A stretch of DNA of 64,000 nt. Source: a bacterium. Its GTDB lineage: Bacteria > Vulcanimicrobiota > Vulcanimicrobiia > Vulcanimicrobiales > SCRA01. Of the stretch, positions 11,475 to 19,926 are shown piece by piece. The stretch is taken from positions 1,332-65,331 of the forward strand of contig SCRI01000025.1 in assembly GCA_004298675.1 (NCBI GenBank), in the 5' to 3' direction. Both the position numbers and the translations under genes were made by a program. Position 1 is the stretch's first letter. Each line of letters opens with the position of its first letter. Below the pieces are notes generated by a model that was not told the DNA's origin, searched no databases, and saw only the letters and a program-made list of their open reading frames with translations.

Positions 11475-12071
11475 CTAATCCCGGTATACCCATGGGTGGA
11501 GTCGAGCGAGGTACGGGAGGTGGCGGTACGATTCCTGGTAATCCAGACCGTACCCTACAACGAATTCATCCGGGGCCTCCATTCCCACGTACTCCACCGG
11601 CACTTCCACGCAACGGTGGTATGGCTTGTCCAGGAGGGCGCAGGCGGCAAGCGATGCCGGTCCCCTGCCGCCGAAGACCGCGCGCAGATAGTGCAGGGTA
11701 TGGCCGTTGTCGACGATGTCCTCCACGATCAAGACGTGGCGCCCCTCCAAGCTCTCCGAGGTGTCTTTCAAGAGCCGGACCTCTCCCGAAGAGCGCCGGG
11801 CGTTGCCGTACGACGAGACGGCGATGAAGTCGAGCGTGATCTGGTCGGGTGCCATGCCGGCCCGCTGGAGCGCTCGCGCCAAGTCGGCGGTGAAGAACAG
11901 CGCGCCCTTGAGCACGCCGACCACCAGAACCTTGCGGTCGCGATAGTCGGTTGCGATGCGCGCGGCCAGACGGTCTGTGGCCATACGAATCGCCTGATCG
12001 TCGAAGACGACCGCCGCGATGCCTTCGGGAAGCGTCGTTTCAGTTTCGGTCCGGTTCACTATCCTCACCAT
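11475..12071 (-). CDS. hpt: Hypoxanthine phosphoribosyltransferase
   Basis: VGVLKGA, VLIVEDIVDNGHTL and EFVVGYGLDY motifs; tilS-hpt-ftsH synteny. Confidence 0.95.
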   Translation of the reverse strand: MVRIVNRTETETTLPEGIAAVVFDDQAIRMATDRLAARIATDYRDRKVLVVGVLKGALFFTADLARALQRAGMAPDQITLDFIAVSSYGNARRSSGEVRLLKDTSESLEGRHVLIVEDIVDNGHTLHYLRAVFGGRGPASLAACALLDKPYHRCVEVPVEYVGMEAPDEFVVGYGLDYQESYRHLPYLARLHPWVYRD

Positions 12072-13020
12072 CGGTCGTGACGCGCCGTTCGAGCATGCCG
12101 GCGCCGATCACCACTTCTTCACCTTTGCGAACGAAGAATCGTCCGCGCCGCCCTTGGGCGGCGGCCTCAGCCAGCCGGTCGAGATGCTCGAAGGCCAGGT
12201 CACGGCCACCCAGCCACAAGCGCAAAACGCGCCGTAGCAACGGGCGTGGAAGCTCGCCGATCCGCTCGTCCAGCCCCCCCTCTTCCGCCGCCGACAGGCT
12301 CAACGCCTCCGCGGCGCGCTCGTCGAGATAGGCGTCCTCCTCACGGGCCAGGTGCGCCAAGCGAGCGATGGCCTGGTCAGCCGAGGGTTCCACCTCACGT
12401 AGATGCTGCAGCAGCACACGGAGGCGGTTGCGCCGGTAGCGGGCGTCGGCGTTGGTCTCGTCCAGTGCGTACGGCAGCCCATGGGCATGGCAATAGGCCC
12501 GCAGCTCGCCGTGCCCACGCCCCAGCAGGGGCCGCAACAGCACCAAGCCGCTACCCATGGGCCGCTGCTGCGGCATCCCGGCCAGGCCGCGCAATCCGGT
12601 ACCGCGCACCAGCGCCAGCAGCACCGTTTCCACCTGATCTTCCAGGGTATGCGCAGTGGCGATCGCCGTACAGCCCCGCGCCAGCGCCATCGTCGCCAGC
12701 GCGTCGTAGCGGCCGGCACGCAGCGTCGCCTCGTCACCAGCCGGCCCTTGCAGCACCGTGCTCTGGAACGGCAGGCCCAAGCGCGAGGCCACGCCCAGGG
12801 CCACCCCTTCGTCCCGCTCCGCCGCCGCCCGCAGCGCGTGGTTCACGTGCAATACCACCAGCGGGAGGCCAGATACACGGGCCGTCGCGGCAGCCGCAGC
12901 CGTCAGCGCCACGGAATCCGGTCCACCGCTGCAGGCCAAGGCGACGCCGCCTGGGGGCGTAGCCGCCAGCGCCTCGGCCAGGCCATGCTCCAACTCCTCG
13001 AACGGCTTGGCTCCCCTCAT
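12040..13020 (-). CDS. tilS: tRNA(Ile)-lysidine synthetase (short form)
   Basis: PP-loop SGGPDS, HVNHALR, TAHTLEDQVET, RPLL, DETN...RNRLR. Confidence 0.94.
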   Translation of the reverse strand: MRGAKPFEELEHGLAEALAATPPGGVALACSGGPDSVALTAAAAATARVSGLPLVVLHVNHALRAAAERDEGVALGVASRLGLPFQSTVLQGPAGDEATLRAGRYDALATMALARGCTAIATAHTLEDQVETVLLALVRGTGLRGLAGMPQQRPMGSGLVLLRPLLGRGHGELRAYCHAHGLPYALDETNADARYRRNRLRVLLQHLREVEPSADQAIARLAHLAREEDAYLDERAAEALSLSAAEEGGLDERIGELPRPLLRRVLRLWLGGRDLAFEHLDRLAEAAAQGRRGRFFVRKGEEVVIGAGMLERRVTTDGEDSEPDRN

Positions 13021-13514
13021 CGCCGGGCCCGCTCCAGCTCCCGGCGCGCCTCGCGCTCCCGCACGCTCTCGCGCTTGTCGTGCAGCTTCTTGCCCCGCGC
13101 CACACCCAGCGCGATCTTCGCCCGCCCGCGCGACCAGAAGAGACGCAACGGGACGATCGTGAGCCCCTTTTCCTGCGTCTTGGCGATCAAACGTTTGATC
13201 TCGGCGGCATGCAGCAGCAGCTTACGCGGCCGCAGCGGCTCGTGCGGCTCGATGCGGCCCGGATCGTACGGCGCGATATGCATCCCTACCAGCCACACCT
13301 CGCCGCTGCGCACCCGCGCGTAGGCTTCAGCCAGCGAGCCGCCGCCGCGGCGCAGGCTCTTGACCTCCGTGCCCTGCAGCACTAAACCGGCATCCACGGT
13401 CTCCAAGATCTCGAATTCATGGCGAGCGCGACGATTGTCGATGGCGGGCGAGCCGGTGCCTTTGGCCTCCGCCTCGGCCTTGGCGGCGAGCCGTTGCTGC
13501 TTGTTCTTCGTCAC
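13017..13514 (-). CDS. smpB: SsrA-binding protein
   Basis: NRRARHEF, AGLVLQGTEVKSLR, RKLLLH and GKKLHDKRE motifs. Confidence 0.97.
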   Translation of the reverse strand: MTKNKQQRLAAKAEAEAKGTGSPAIDNRRARHEFEILETVDAGLVLQGTEVKSLRRGGGSLAEAYARVRSGEVWLVGMHIAPYDPGRIEPHEPLRPRKLLLHAAEIKRLIAKTQEKGLTIVPLRLFWSRGRAKIALGVARGKKLHDKRESVREREARRELERARR

Positions 13515-13520
13515 GTTAGT

Positions 13521-13931
13521 CTACGAAAGACCCTTGTCGACGAACTTGCCGCTGGCCTCGCAGAGCAGCGTGCCTTCGGCATCGCACAGCGTCGACTCGA
13601 CGGTCAGTACGTGACGCCTGCGCTCGGTGATGCGGCCACGCAACTCCAGCGGCGCGTCGACGGGGGCTGGCTTGCGGAAGCGCACGTTGACGCTGGCGGT
13701 CATGCCGCTTGCCCCCGCGCGCAGCGCGGCATGGGCCATAGCCTCGTCCAGCAGGGTCATGACGATGCCGCCGTGCAGGATCCCGCGCCAGCCTTGGAAC
13801 TGCATGGGGATGCTCACGCGCGCGTGCACGCCGTCGTCACCGTCAGGTTCGAAGCGCAGGTGCAGACCGATGGGGTTGTCGGAGCCGCATGCAAAACAGG
13901 TGCCGTCGTCGACCGGCGCTAGATCACTCAT
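13521..13931 (-). CDS. PaaI family (hotdog) thioesterase
   Basis: CFACGSDNPIGL and QGWRGILHGG...LLDEAM motifs; ATG at 13931. Confidence 0.9.
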   Translation of the reverse strand: MSDLAPVDDGTCFACGSDNPIGLHLRFEPDGDDGVHARVSIPMQFQGWRGILHGGIVMTLLDEAMAHAALRAGASGMTASVNVRFRKPAPVDAPLELRGRITERRRHVLTVESTLCDAEGTLLCEASGKFVDKGLS

Positions 13932-14763
13932 TAGCGCCCCCTTCGCGCCGCACCCGGCGCGCATCCTCGACGCGGCCTTGATCCTCCAGCGCGCGCGCCA
14001 GCAGCGCGCGCCCGTAGCGGCCACCCTCACCAACGCCGTGGGGGTCGAGCTCGAGGCAGCGCTCTAAGAAACGCACGGCTGCGGCGCCATGACCGCCCGC
14101 CAGCGCGGCTTCACCCAAAAGGTAATAGGCGTCGGCATAGCCCGGCAAGCTATTGGTCACGTCGATCAAAGCCGCCAGCGCGCGCACGGGCTGACGCAAG
14201 ACCCGCAACTCGAGCTGCGCCAGGTATTCGCCGGCCAACGGATCGCGCGGTTCGATACGCAGGGCCTGCGTCAACTCGCCCTTGGCCTCCGCCGCGCGGT
14301 GGAGGTCGAAGGCGAGTATCGCCAACCCCACGTGGGCAGCGGCCGCATGCGGGTCCAGAGCCGCGGCGCGCAGGAACGCGGCGCGGGCACGCGCCCGCAG
14401 ATCGAGGCCGGCGCGCGTGGGAAGCAGCTCCGCGAATCCCGCCAGGGCGCTGGCGGAGGCATCGGCCGGTACCTGCGCGGCTCGCTGCTCCAGCTCGTCA
14501 ACCAGCGCCGGAACGGCGTGGCCGGCGCGCACCGCGGCGGCCGCGTAGAATGCGTCGGCCAGGGCGTCACCGGGACGCGCGGCGTGGGCGGCGTCAAATT
14601 CGTCCCGCGCCCGTCCAAACGCGCGGGCGTAGAAGTCGTGCAGCCCCGCGTCCATCGCGCTCGTATAGTCGGCAGCGCGATCGGCACCCGCGGCGGCCGC
14701 GCCGGCTGCGCTGCACGCGGCCAGCATCAAGCTCAGCGCGGCGGCGCGCCACGCGGCGCGCAT
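13924..14763 (-). CDS. TPR-repeat protein, probable lipoprotein
   Basis: ATG at 14763 abuts the upstream stop; lipobox-like LMLAAC; TPR-like A...A..LDP repeats. Confidence 0.7.
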   Translation of the reverse strand: MRAAWRAAALSLMLAACSAAGAAAAGADRAADYTSAMDAGLHDFYARAFGRARDEFDAAHAARPGDALADAFYAAAAVRAGHAVPALVDELEQRAAQVPADASASALAGFAELLPTRAGLDLRARARAAFLRAAALDPHAAAAHVGLAILAFDLHRAAEAKGELTQALRIEPRDPLAGEYLAQLELRVLRQPVRALAALIDVTNSLPGYADAYYLLGEAALAGGHGAAAVRFLERCLELDPHGVGEGGRYGRALLARALEDQGRVEDARRVRREGGANE

Positions 14764-15488
14764 CACCGGCCGAGCGTAAGGCGCTGAGCCAACTGCTCCG
14801 GCAAGCTGCAGGCATGGATCTTGCGCTGAACGCGCTCGATCTCGTACGGCACGCGCAGCACGCGCACCAGCCTCAGCTCCGGCTCGTAGAAGCCGAACGA
14901 GGCGGCCGGATTGAAGTCTCTGGGCTGGCCGACGCTGCCCACGTTGACGATGTAGCGGCACTCCGGGTCGAGCACGATCTCGCCGCCCTGCGTGAGCGAT
15001 TGATGCGTGATCCGGCCCTGTGCATTCAGCACGTAGCACTCCGCGATGTGCGAGTGACCGATGAAGATCAGCGGCGCGTCGCTGGCGCCGAAGGCTCGCG
15101 CCGCCGCCGCGTCGTCGAGAATGTATTCGAAATAGCGCTCCGGCGAGCCGTGCACCATGAGAAAGTCGCCGACGCGCATCTCGTAATCGAGCGATCCCAG
15201 CCAACGGCGCGTCTCGTCGTCGATGACGCCTTGCGTCCAAACGATCGCGCGACGCGCGATGGGGTTGAAATACTCGACGCCGAAGTTGTCGATGGCCGCC
15301 ACGTCGTGGTTGCCGAGCACGCAGCGCGTGTCACGTTCGCGCAGCAGCCGCGCGCACTCGTTCGGATTGGGACCATAACCGACGACGTCTCCTAGACAGA
15401 GGACGTCGTCGTCCGCGCGTAACTCGGCGCAACACGCCTCGAGCGCCTCGAGGTTCCCGTGAATGTCCGAGAGGATGGCGTATCGCAC
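14763..15488 (-). CDS. Calcineurin-like metallophosphoesterase
   Basis: SDIHGN, CLGDVVGYG, GNHD, HGSP, GHSH and NVGSVGQPRD motifs. Confidence 0.93.
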   Translation of the reverse strand: MRYAILSDIHGNLEALEACCAELRADDDVLCLGDVVGYGPNPNECARLLRERDTRCVLGNHDVAAIDNFGVEYFNPIARRAIVWTQGVIDDETRRWLGSLDYEMRVGDFLMVHGSPERYFEYILDDAAAARAFGASDAPLIFIGHSHIAECYVLNAQGRITHQSLTQGGEIVLDPECRYIVNVGSVGQPRDFNPAASFGFYEPELRLVRVLRVPYEIERVQRKIHACSLPEQLAQRLTLGR

Positions 15489-15503
15489 CGCGGTGGCCTT
15501 CGC

Positions 15504-16754
15504 TCAGGGCAAGGGGTATACCTCGACGTGCTCCCCCGCAGCCAGCTCTCCGCGCTCTGGGGCCACGCGCACGTAGCCGTCGGCGCGTGCCAGCAGCGCA
15601 ACGTGACTCGACCGCAGACGCAGCGGGCGCGCCACCGTTGCGGCACCGTCGCGCACGAGCGCAACGGGCACGAACCACGTCCAATCGCGCCGTCCGTGAA
15701 TCGCCGTGGCGAGACGCGCGGTCAGCGGCGCCGGCACCGGCGCAGCGGCGCCGCAGAGCGCATCGATCAGCGGGCGCGCGACGGCTAGCAAAATAGTGAC
15801 GGCGGAGGTAGGGTTCCCGGGCAGACCCACGATCGGCTTGCCCCCGGCGAGCGCGAACACGGTCGGCTTTCCGGGCTTCACTTTGATGCCGTGGACGACG
15901 ACGCCGGGCTCGCCCAGCGCCTCGAGCGCTCGCGGTGTGAGATCGCGCACGCCCACGCTCGATCCGCCGGTCAGCACCACGGCGTCGCAACGCGTTAGCG
16001 CCTCACGCAACGCGTGCTCGAGCTCGCGCTCGTCGTCGCGCACGTGCGGCAACTGCAGCGCTCGCGCCCCCATGCGCTCCAACACGGCCCCGATCGCGTA
16101 GCGGTTGGAGTCGCGCACCTGTCCAACGCCCGGCTCGCTCGCCGGCGGGACCAACTCGTCGCCGGTCGAGAGCACGCCGACCGTTGGACGCGTCAGCACC
16201 GCCACACGCTCCCAACCCAGCGTCGCCAGCAGACCCATGTCGACACCGCGCAGACGCCTGCCGCGGCCCAGCACGACCTCTCCGCGCGTGAGGTCCTCAC
16301 CGGGCTGCGTCACGTACTCGCCCGCCCGTACGGACGCGCGCGCTTCGACGGCAGCGTCCCCCGCCGCGCGCGTCTCTTCCTGCGGAATGACGGCATCGCT
16401 ACCCTCGGGCAGCACGCCGCCGGTGGGAATGCGCATCGCCTCGCCGCGTCCCAGCGGTTGCGGCGGCGGCAGGCCCATGCGGATCTCACCGGTCACGCGC
16501 AGGGTCACGGGCGTGCTCGCGAGATCGGCGGCGCGCACGGCGTATCCATCCATCATCGAGCGCGGATCCCGCGGGACGGCAGCCTCCGCGCGCGCATCGC
16601 GCGCCAGGACGCGTCCCACGCCGTCGGCCAAGGGAATCTCCTCGACGGAGCGCAGCGGCGGGCGCCACAGCGAGAGAAATCGCGCTACCGCGGCCTCCGG
16701 CGCCGGCAGGCGCGCCGCGTCGAAACCGCGTTCGGGTAGGAGTGCATCGCTCAT
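15504..16754 (-). CDS. moeA: Molybdopterin molybdotransferase MoeA
   Basis: SMMDGYAVR, STGDEL, DSN, TGGSSVG.RD, VKPGKP and GLPGNP motifs. Confidence 0.95.
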   Translation of the reverse strand: MSDALLPERGFDAARLPAPEAAVARFLSLWRPPLRSVEEIPLADGVGRVLARDARAEAAVPRDPRSMMDGYAVRAADLASTPVTLRVTGEIRMGLPPPQPLGRGEAMRIPTGGVLPEGSDAVIPQEETRAAGDAAVEARASVRAGEYVTQPGEDLTRGEVVLGRGRRLRGVDMGLLATLGWERVAVLTRPTVGVLSTGDELVPPASEPGVGQVRDSNRYAIGAVLERMGARALQLPHVRDDERELEHALREALTRCDAVVLTGGSSVGVRDLTPRALEALGEPGVVVHGIKVKPGKPTVFALAGGKPIVGLPGNPTSAVTILLAVARPLIDALCGAAAPVPAPLTARLATAIHGRRDWTWFVPVALVRDGAATVARPLRLRSSHVALLARADGYVRVAPERGELAAGEHVEVYPLP

Positions 16755-16814
16755 TGACGGTAAGAACGCCCTTTCTACTTCTAGCAGTTTCTTCCGGAAG
16801 GGCTCGATCCGTTC

Positions 16815-18089
16815 ATGCTCGATCGCACGTTACTCCGCCACGACCCCGAGGCGGTCCGCCGCTCGCTGCGCCGTCGCGGCCAGGACGAGAGCAGCGTCGA
16901 CCGCCTCGTCGAGCTGGATCGCGCGGCGCGCGAAGCACAGACACGGTCGGACGCACTGAAAGCGGAGAAGAACGCGCTCTCCGCTACGATTGGAAAGGCC
17001 GCCGACAAGAAGGCGGCCGCCGCCGCGTTGCGGCCGCGGCTTGCGGCGATCGACGCGCAGATCGAAGCCTCCGACGCGGCCTGCGCCGCGGCGGGCGCAG
17101 AGATCGACGAGCGCATCCAACAGCTCCCCAATCTCCTAGCCACCGCCGTTCCCGACGGCTTGGACGAGAGCGCCAACGTTACCGTACGCACGTGGGGGAC
17201 GCCACGCGCCTTCGATTTCGAACCGAAACCACACTGGGATCTCGGCGAGGCGCTGGGTATCCTCGACTTCGAGCGGGCCCGTAAACTGGCCGGCGCGCGC
17301 TTCGCTGTGTTCAGCGGCGACGGCGCGCGGCTGGAGCGCGCCATCACCGCGTTCTTCTTGGACCGCGCCGCCCGGGCCGGCTACCGTGAGATGGCGCCAC
17401 CCATCATCGTCAACCGCGAAACCATGTGGTCGACCGGTCAGCTCACCAAGTTCAGCGATGACATGTTCCATCTCGACGATTGGGATTTCTTCCTGATTCC
17501 AACGGCGGAGGTGCCGCTGACCGCGCTGCATCGCGACGAGATCCTCGACGGCGCGATACTGCCGGCGCGCTACACGGCCTATACGCCCTGCTTCCGCAAA
17601 GAGGCGGGCGCCGCTGGGCGCGACACGCGCGGACTGATCAGGCAACACCAGTTCGACAAGGTGGAACTGGTCTGGCTGACGCTGCCCGAAGCGAGCTTCG
17701 ACGCGCTCGAGCAACTTACCGCGGACGCCGAGCGGCTGCTCCAAGAGTTGGAGCTGCCGTTCCGTACCGTCGCGCTGTGCGGCGGCGACACGGGCTTCAA
17801 CGCGGCGATGACCTACGATCTGGAGGTCTGGCTGCCCAGCCAAGGAGTCTATCGAGAGATCAGCTCTTGCAGCAACTGCACGGACTTTCAAGCGCGGCGC
17901 GCGAGCATCCGCTTCCGGCGCGAGCCCAAAAGCAAGCCCGAGTTCGTGCACACCCTCAATGGCTCGGGTCTGGCGGTGGGGCGAACGCTCATCGCCGTCC
18001 TAGAAAACTACCAGCAAGCCGACGGAAGCATCCGCGTGCCCGCTGCACTGGTTCCTTACCTAGGCGGTCAGCGCACCATCGGGGGCTAG
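16815..18089 (+). CDS. serS: Serine--tRNA ligase
   Basis: N-terminal coiled coil; [39 protein letters not shown] and [12 protein letters not shown]. Confidence 0.98.
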   Translation: MLDRTLLRHDPEAVRRSLRRRGQDESSVDRLVELDRAAREAQTRSDALKAEKNALSATIGKAADKKAAAAALRPRLAAIDAQIEASDAACAAAGAEIDERIQQLPNLLATAVPDGLDESANVTVRTWGTPRAFDFEPKPHWDLGEALGILDFERARKLAGARFAVFSGDGARLERAITAFFLDRAARAGYREMAPPIIVNRETMWSTGQLTKFSDDMFHLDDWDFFLIPTAEVPLTALHRDEILDGAILPARYTAYTPCFRKEAGAAGRDTRGLIRQHQFDKVELVWLTLPEASFDALEQLTADAERLLQELELPFRTVALCGGDTGFNAAMTYDLEVWLPSQGVYREISSCSNCTDFQARRASIRFRREPKSKPEFVHTLNGSGLAVGRTLIAVLENYQQADGSIRVPAALVPYLGGQRTIGG

Positions 18090-18104
18090 CGCAGAGCCCA
18101 CGCC

Positions 18105-18413
18105 TCACGCGAGCAGCTTGACGAACGTCTCCGTGAGGCGCTTGAGCTCGCGCTGGTTCACGCCGCCCTCGGCCTTCGGCCGAATGCACTCGGCCATGCT
18201 GTTGGCCATCAACTGCACGGTCGCACGCTCGAGCGCGGCCCGCGCCGCCGCCATCTGCTGCGCGATGGCGTGGCAGTCCCGCCGCTCCGCAATCATGCGC
18301 TGAATGGCACGGACCTGACCTTCAACGCGCCGCAGGCGCGCCGTCACGTCCTTGACGACCTCCTCCGGCACGCTCAGCGGGGCGCCGTCGTTCTCCCGAC
18401 CTGCTGCAACCAT
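18105..18413 (-). CDS. CsoR/RcnR-family repressor, CstR-like (Cys...Cys, no metal-binding His)
   Basis: RLRRVEGQVRAIQRMI...DC...Q..A..AAL; SMAEC in place of HxxxC. Probably leaderless, ATG 6 nt after TATACT. Confidence 0.88.
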   Translation of the reverse strand: MVAAGRENDGAPLSVPEEVVKDVTARLRRVEGQVRAIQRMIAERRDCHAIAQQMAAARAALERATVQLMANSMAECIRPKAEGGVNQRELKRLTETFVKLLA

Positions 18414-18419
18414 GTCCAC

Positions 18420-18470
18420 AGTATACCCTACCCCGTACCGCTTGACAAGATATACCCTACGGGGTAGTGT
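18420..18470. promoter_or_regulatory. Overlapping divergent sigma70 promoters, each containing a CsoR-family operator
   Basis: Plus strand: TTGACA 18442-18447, 17 nt, TAGTGT 18465-18470. Minus strand: TTGTCA (18448-18443), 17 nt, TATACT (18425-18420). Operators TACCCTACCCCGTA 18424-18437 and TACCCTACGGGGTA 18453-18466. Confidence 0.85.
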
Positions 18471-18506
18471 AATAGCGCGACTACTTCGCGCCGAACGGGA
18501 TGCATC

Positions 18507-18758
18507 ATGAACGAGACTCCACTAAGCCAACACCTCACGCGCGCCGCCTGTGACAACGGCTGGCGGATCGAAGCGCGCGTCCGCTCCATCGCCGGCGCCA
18601 TGATCCTGGCCAGCTTGGCTTTAGCGCTGCTGGATCGGCGCTGGCTGTGGCTGACCGTATTCGTGGGCGCCAACTTGCTGCAGTCCGGACTCAGCGGCTG
18701 GTGTCTGCTCTCCAATCTGCTGGCGCTGCGCTCGCGGCGTACAGGTACCGATGCGTAA
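18507..18758 (+). CDS. DUF2892 (YgaP-like) small membrane protein
   Basis: Two TM segments, R.IAG..IL, FVGANLLQSGLSGWC with the conserved Cys. Confidence 0.85.
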   Translation: MNETPLSQHLTRAACDNGWRIEARVRSIAGAMILASLALALLDRRWLWLTVFVGANLLQSGLSGWCLLSNLLALRSRRTGTDA

Positions 18759-19926
18759 TCTCTCGCTGATCGGACTCGCGGCGGCGCTGCTGCTCTCGGC
18801 GTGCGCTCCGCGCCACGCCCAACCCACGTCTCAACCCGCCGTCGCGGTCGGCGTGGCCAGCGCGCGCCCGGTTCGCAGCGCGGCGCGCTTGGAAGTAACG
18901 GGCACGCTGCGAGCGCGCGAGCTCGCTGTCGTTGCCGCGCAGCAGCCCGGCCGGGTCACCTCGATGCTGGTACGCGAGGGCGACTACGTCGGCGCCGGGC
19001 AGGCGCTAGCGATCATCGATCGCGCGACCTATGCCGCGCAAGCCGGCAGCGCCTCCGCCGCCGGAAGCGCCGCGAAGGCCGCCGTCGACGCCGCAAACTT
19101 CGAGGTTCAAGCCGCCCGCGCCGCGAGCGCGGGCAGCAGCGCTAAGGCCGAGAACGCCCGCCTGCGCGCGCAGCGCTTCGAGTCCCTGTACGCGCAAGGC
19201 GCCGTCTCCCGCCAGGAGCGCGACGACGCGGCGGCGGCGGCCGCTGCCGCCGTGGCGGAACTCGCCTCCGCCCACGCGGCTGAGGCCTCCGCACGTGCCC
19301 ACAGCGCCGTCGCCGCAGGCGAGGCGGCAGCCGCCGGCGACCGCAGCACCTTGGCACAGGTGACGCTGAGGCAGACGACCGTGACGGCACCCTTCGACGG
19401 CATCATCACCAAGCGCTGGCTCGACAGCGGCGCATACGCCAACGCCGGCTCGCCGATCGCCACCGTCGAATCGTCACGCCAACTCGAGCTCGACCTCTCC
19501 ATCCCCGAAGACGCCGCCGCCACGCTGGCGCCCGGTGCAACGGTTCCGGTGCGCATCGATGCGTGGAGGGGCGGTTCATTGACCGGGCGGATGCGCGCAC
19601 TGGTTCCTGACGACGGTTCCGGAACGCACGCGTACACGGCGATTCTCGAGATCGCCTATCGCCCCGGTCTGCTGCCGGGCATGTTCGCGCGCGCCGAGAT
19701 CGCCGGACGCCCGCTCGAGGGCATCGCCATCCCCGTCTCGGCGCTGATCACCCGCGCCGGCCAGAGCGGCGCGTTCTTGGTCGAAGGCCACCGCGCGCGC
19801 TTCCAACCGGTGACGCTGTTGAGCACGGAGGGAACAACGGCGATAGTGAGTGGTTTAGCCGGCGGCACCGCCGTCGTGCGGACGCCGGATGAGCTCAGCG
19901 ACGGGGAAGAGGTGGCGGTTCAGTGA
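18751..19926 (+). CDS. RND efflux periplasmic adaptor (MFP), lipoprotein
   Basis: Lipobox LLSAC; PGRVTSMLVREGDYV..GQ.L, Ala-rich hairpin, VTAPFDG and LLPGMFAR. Confidence 0.92.
   Translation: MRNLSLIGLAAALLLSACAPRHAQPTSQPAVAVGVASARPVRSAARLEVTGTLRARELAVVAAQQPGRVTSMLVREGDYVGAGQALAIIDRATYAAQAGSASAAGSAAKAAVDAANFEVQAARAASAGSSAKAENARLRAQRFESLYAQGAVSRQERDDAAAAAAAAVAELASAHAAEASARAHSAVAAGEAAAAGDRSTLAQVTLRQTTVTAPFDGIITKRWLDSGAYANAGSPIATVESSRQLELDLSIPEDAAATLAPGATVPVRIDAWRGGSLTGRMRALVPDDGSGTHAYTAILEIAYRPGLLPGMFARAEIAGRPLEGIAIPVSALITRAGQSGAFLVEGHRARFQPVTLLSTEGTTAIVSGLAGGTAVVRTPDELSDGEEVAVQ

Noticed and set aside
12040-13020. Short TilS as a pseudogene
   Set aside because: Catalytic motifs are intact, and short TilS forms lacking C-terminal domains are known.
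13017-13520. tmRNA (ssrA) adjacent to smpB
   Set aside because: The flanking genes abut smpB, leaving no space or tRNA-like ends.
16791-16800. CTTCCGGAAG palindrome, with near-copies at about 28225 and 28930
   Set aside because: It is short and GC-rich, and cannot be distinguished from chance without genome-wide statistics.
18105-18413. Copper-sensing CsoR with a Cus-type pump
   Set aside because: The Cu-ligating His is absent and there are no copA/copZ/cusF genes nearby.
19030-19340. Ala-rich low-complexity repeat in the MFP gene
   Set aside because: This is the normal alpha-helical hairpin of RND adaptors.
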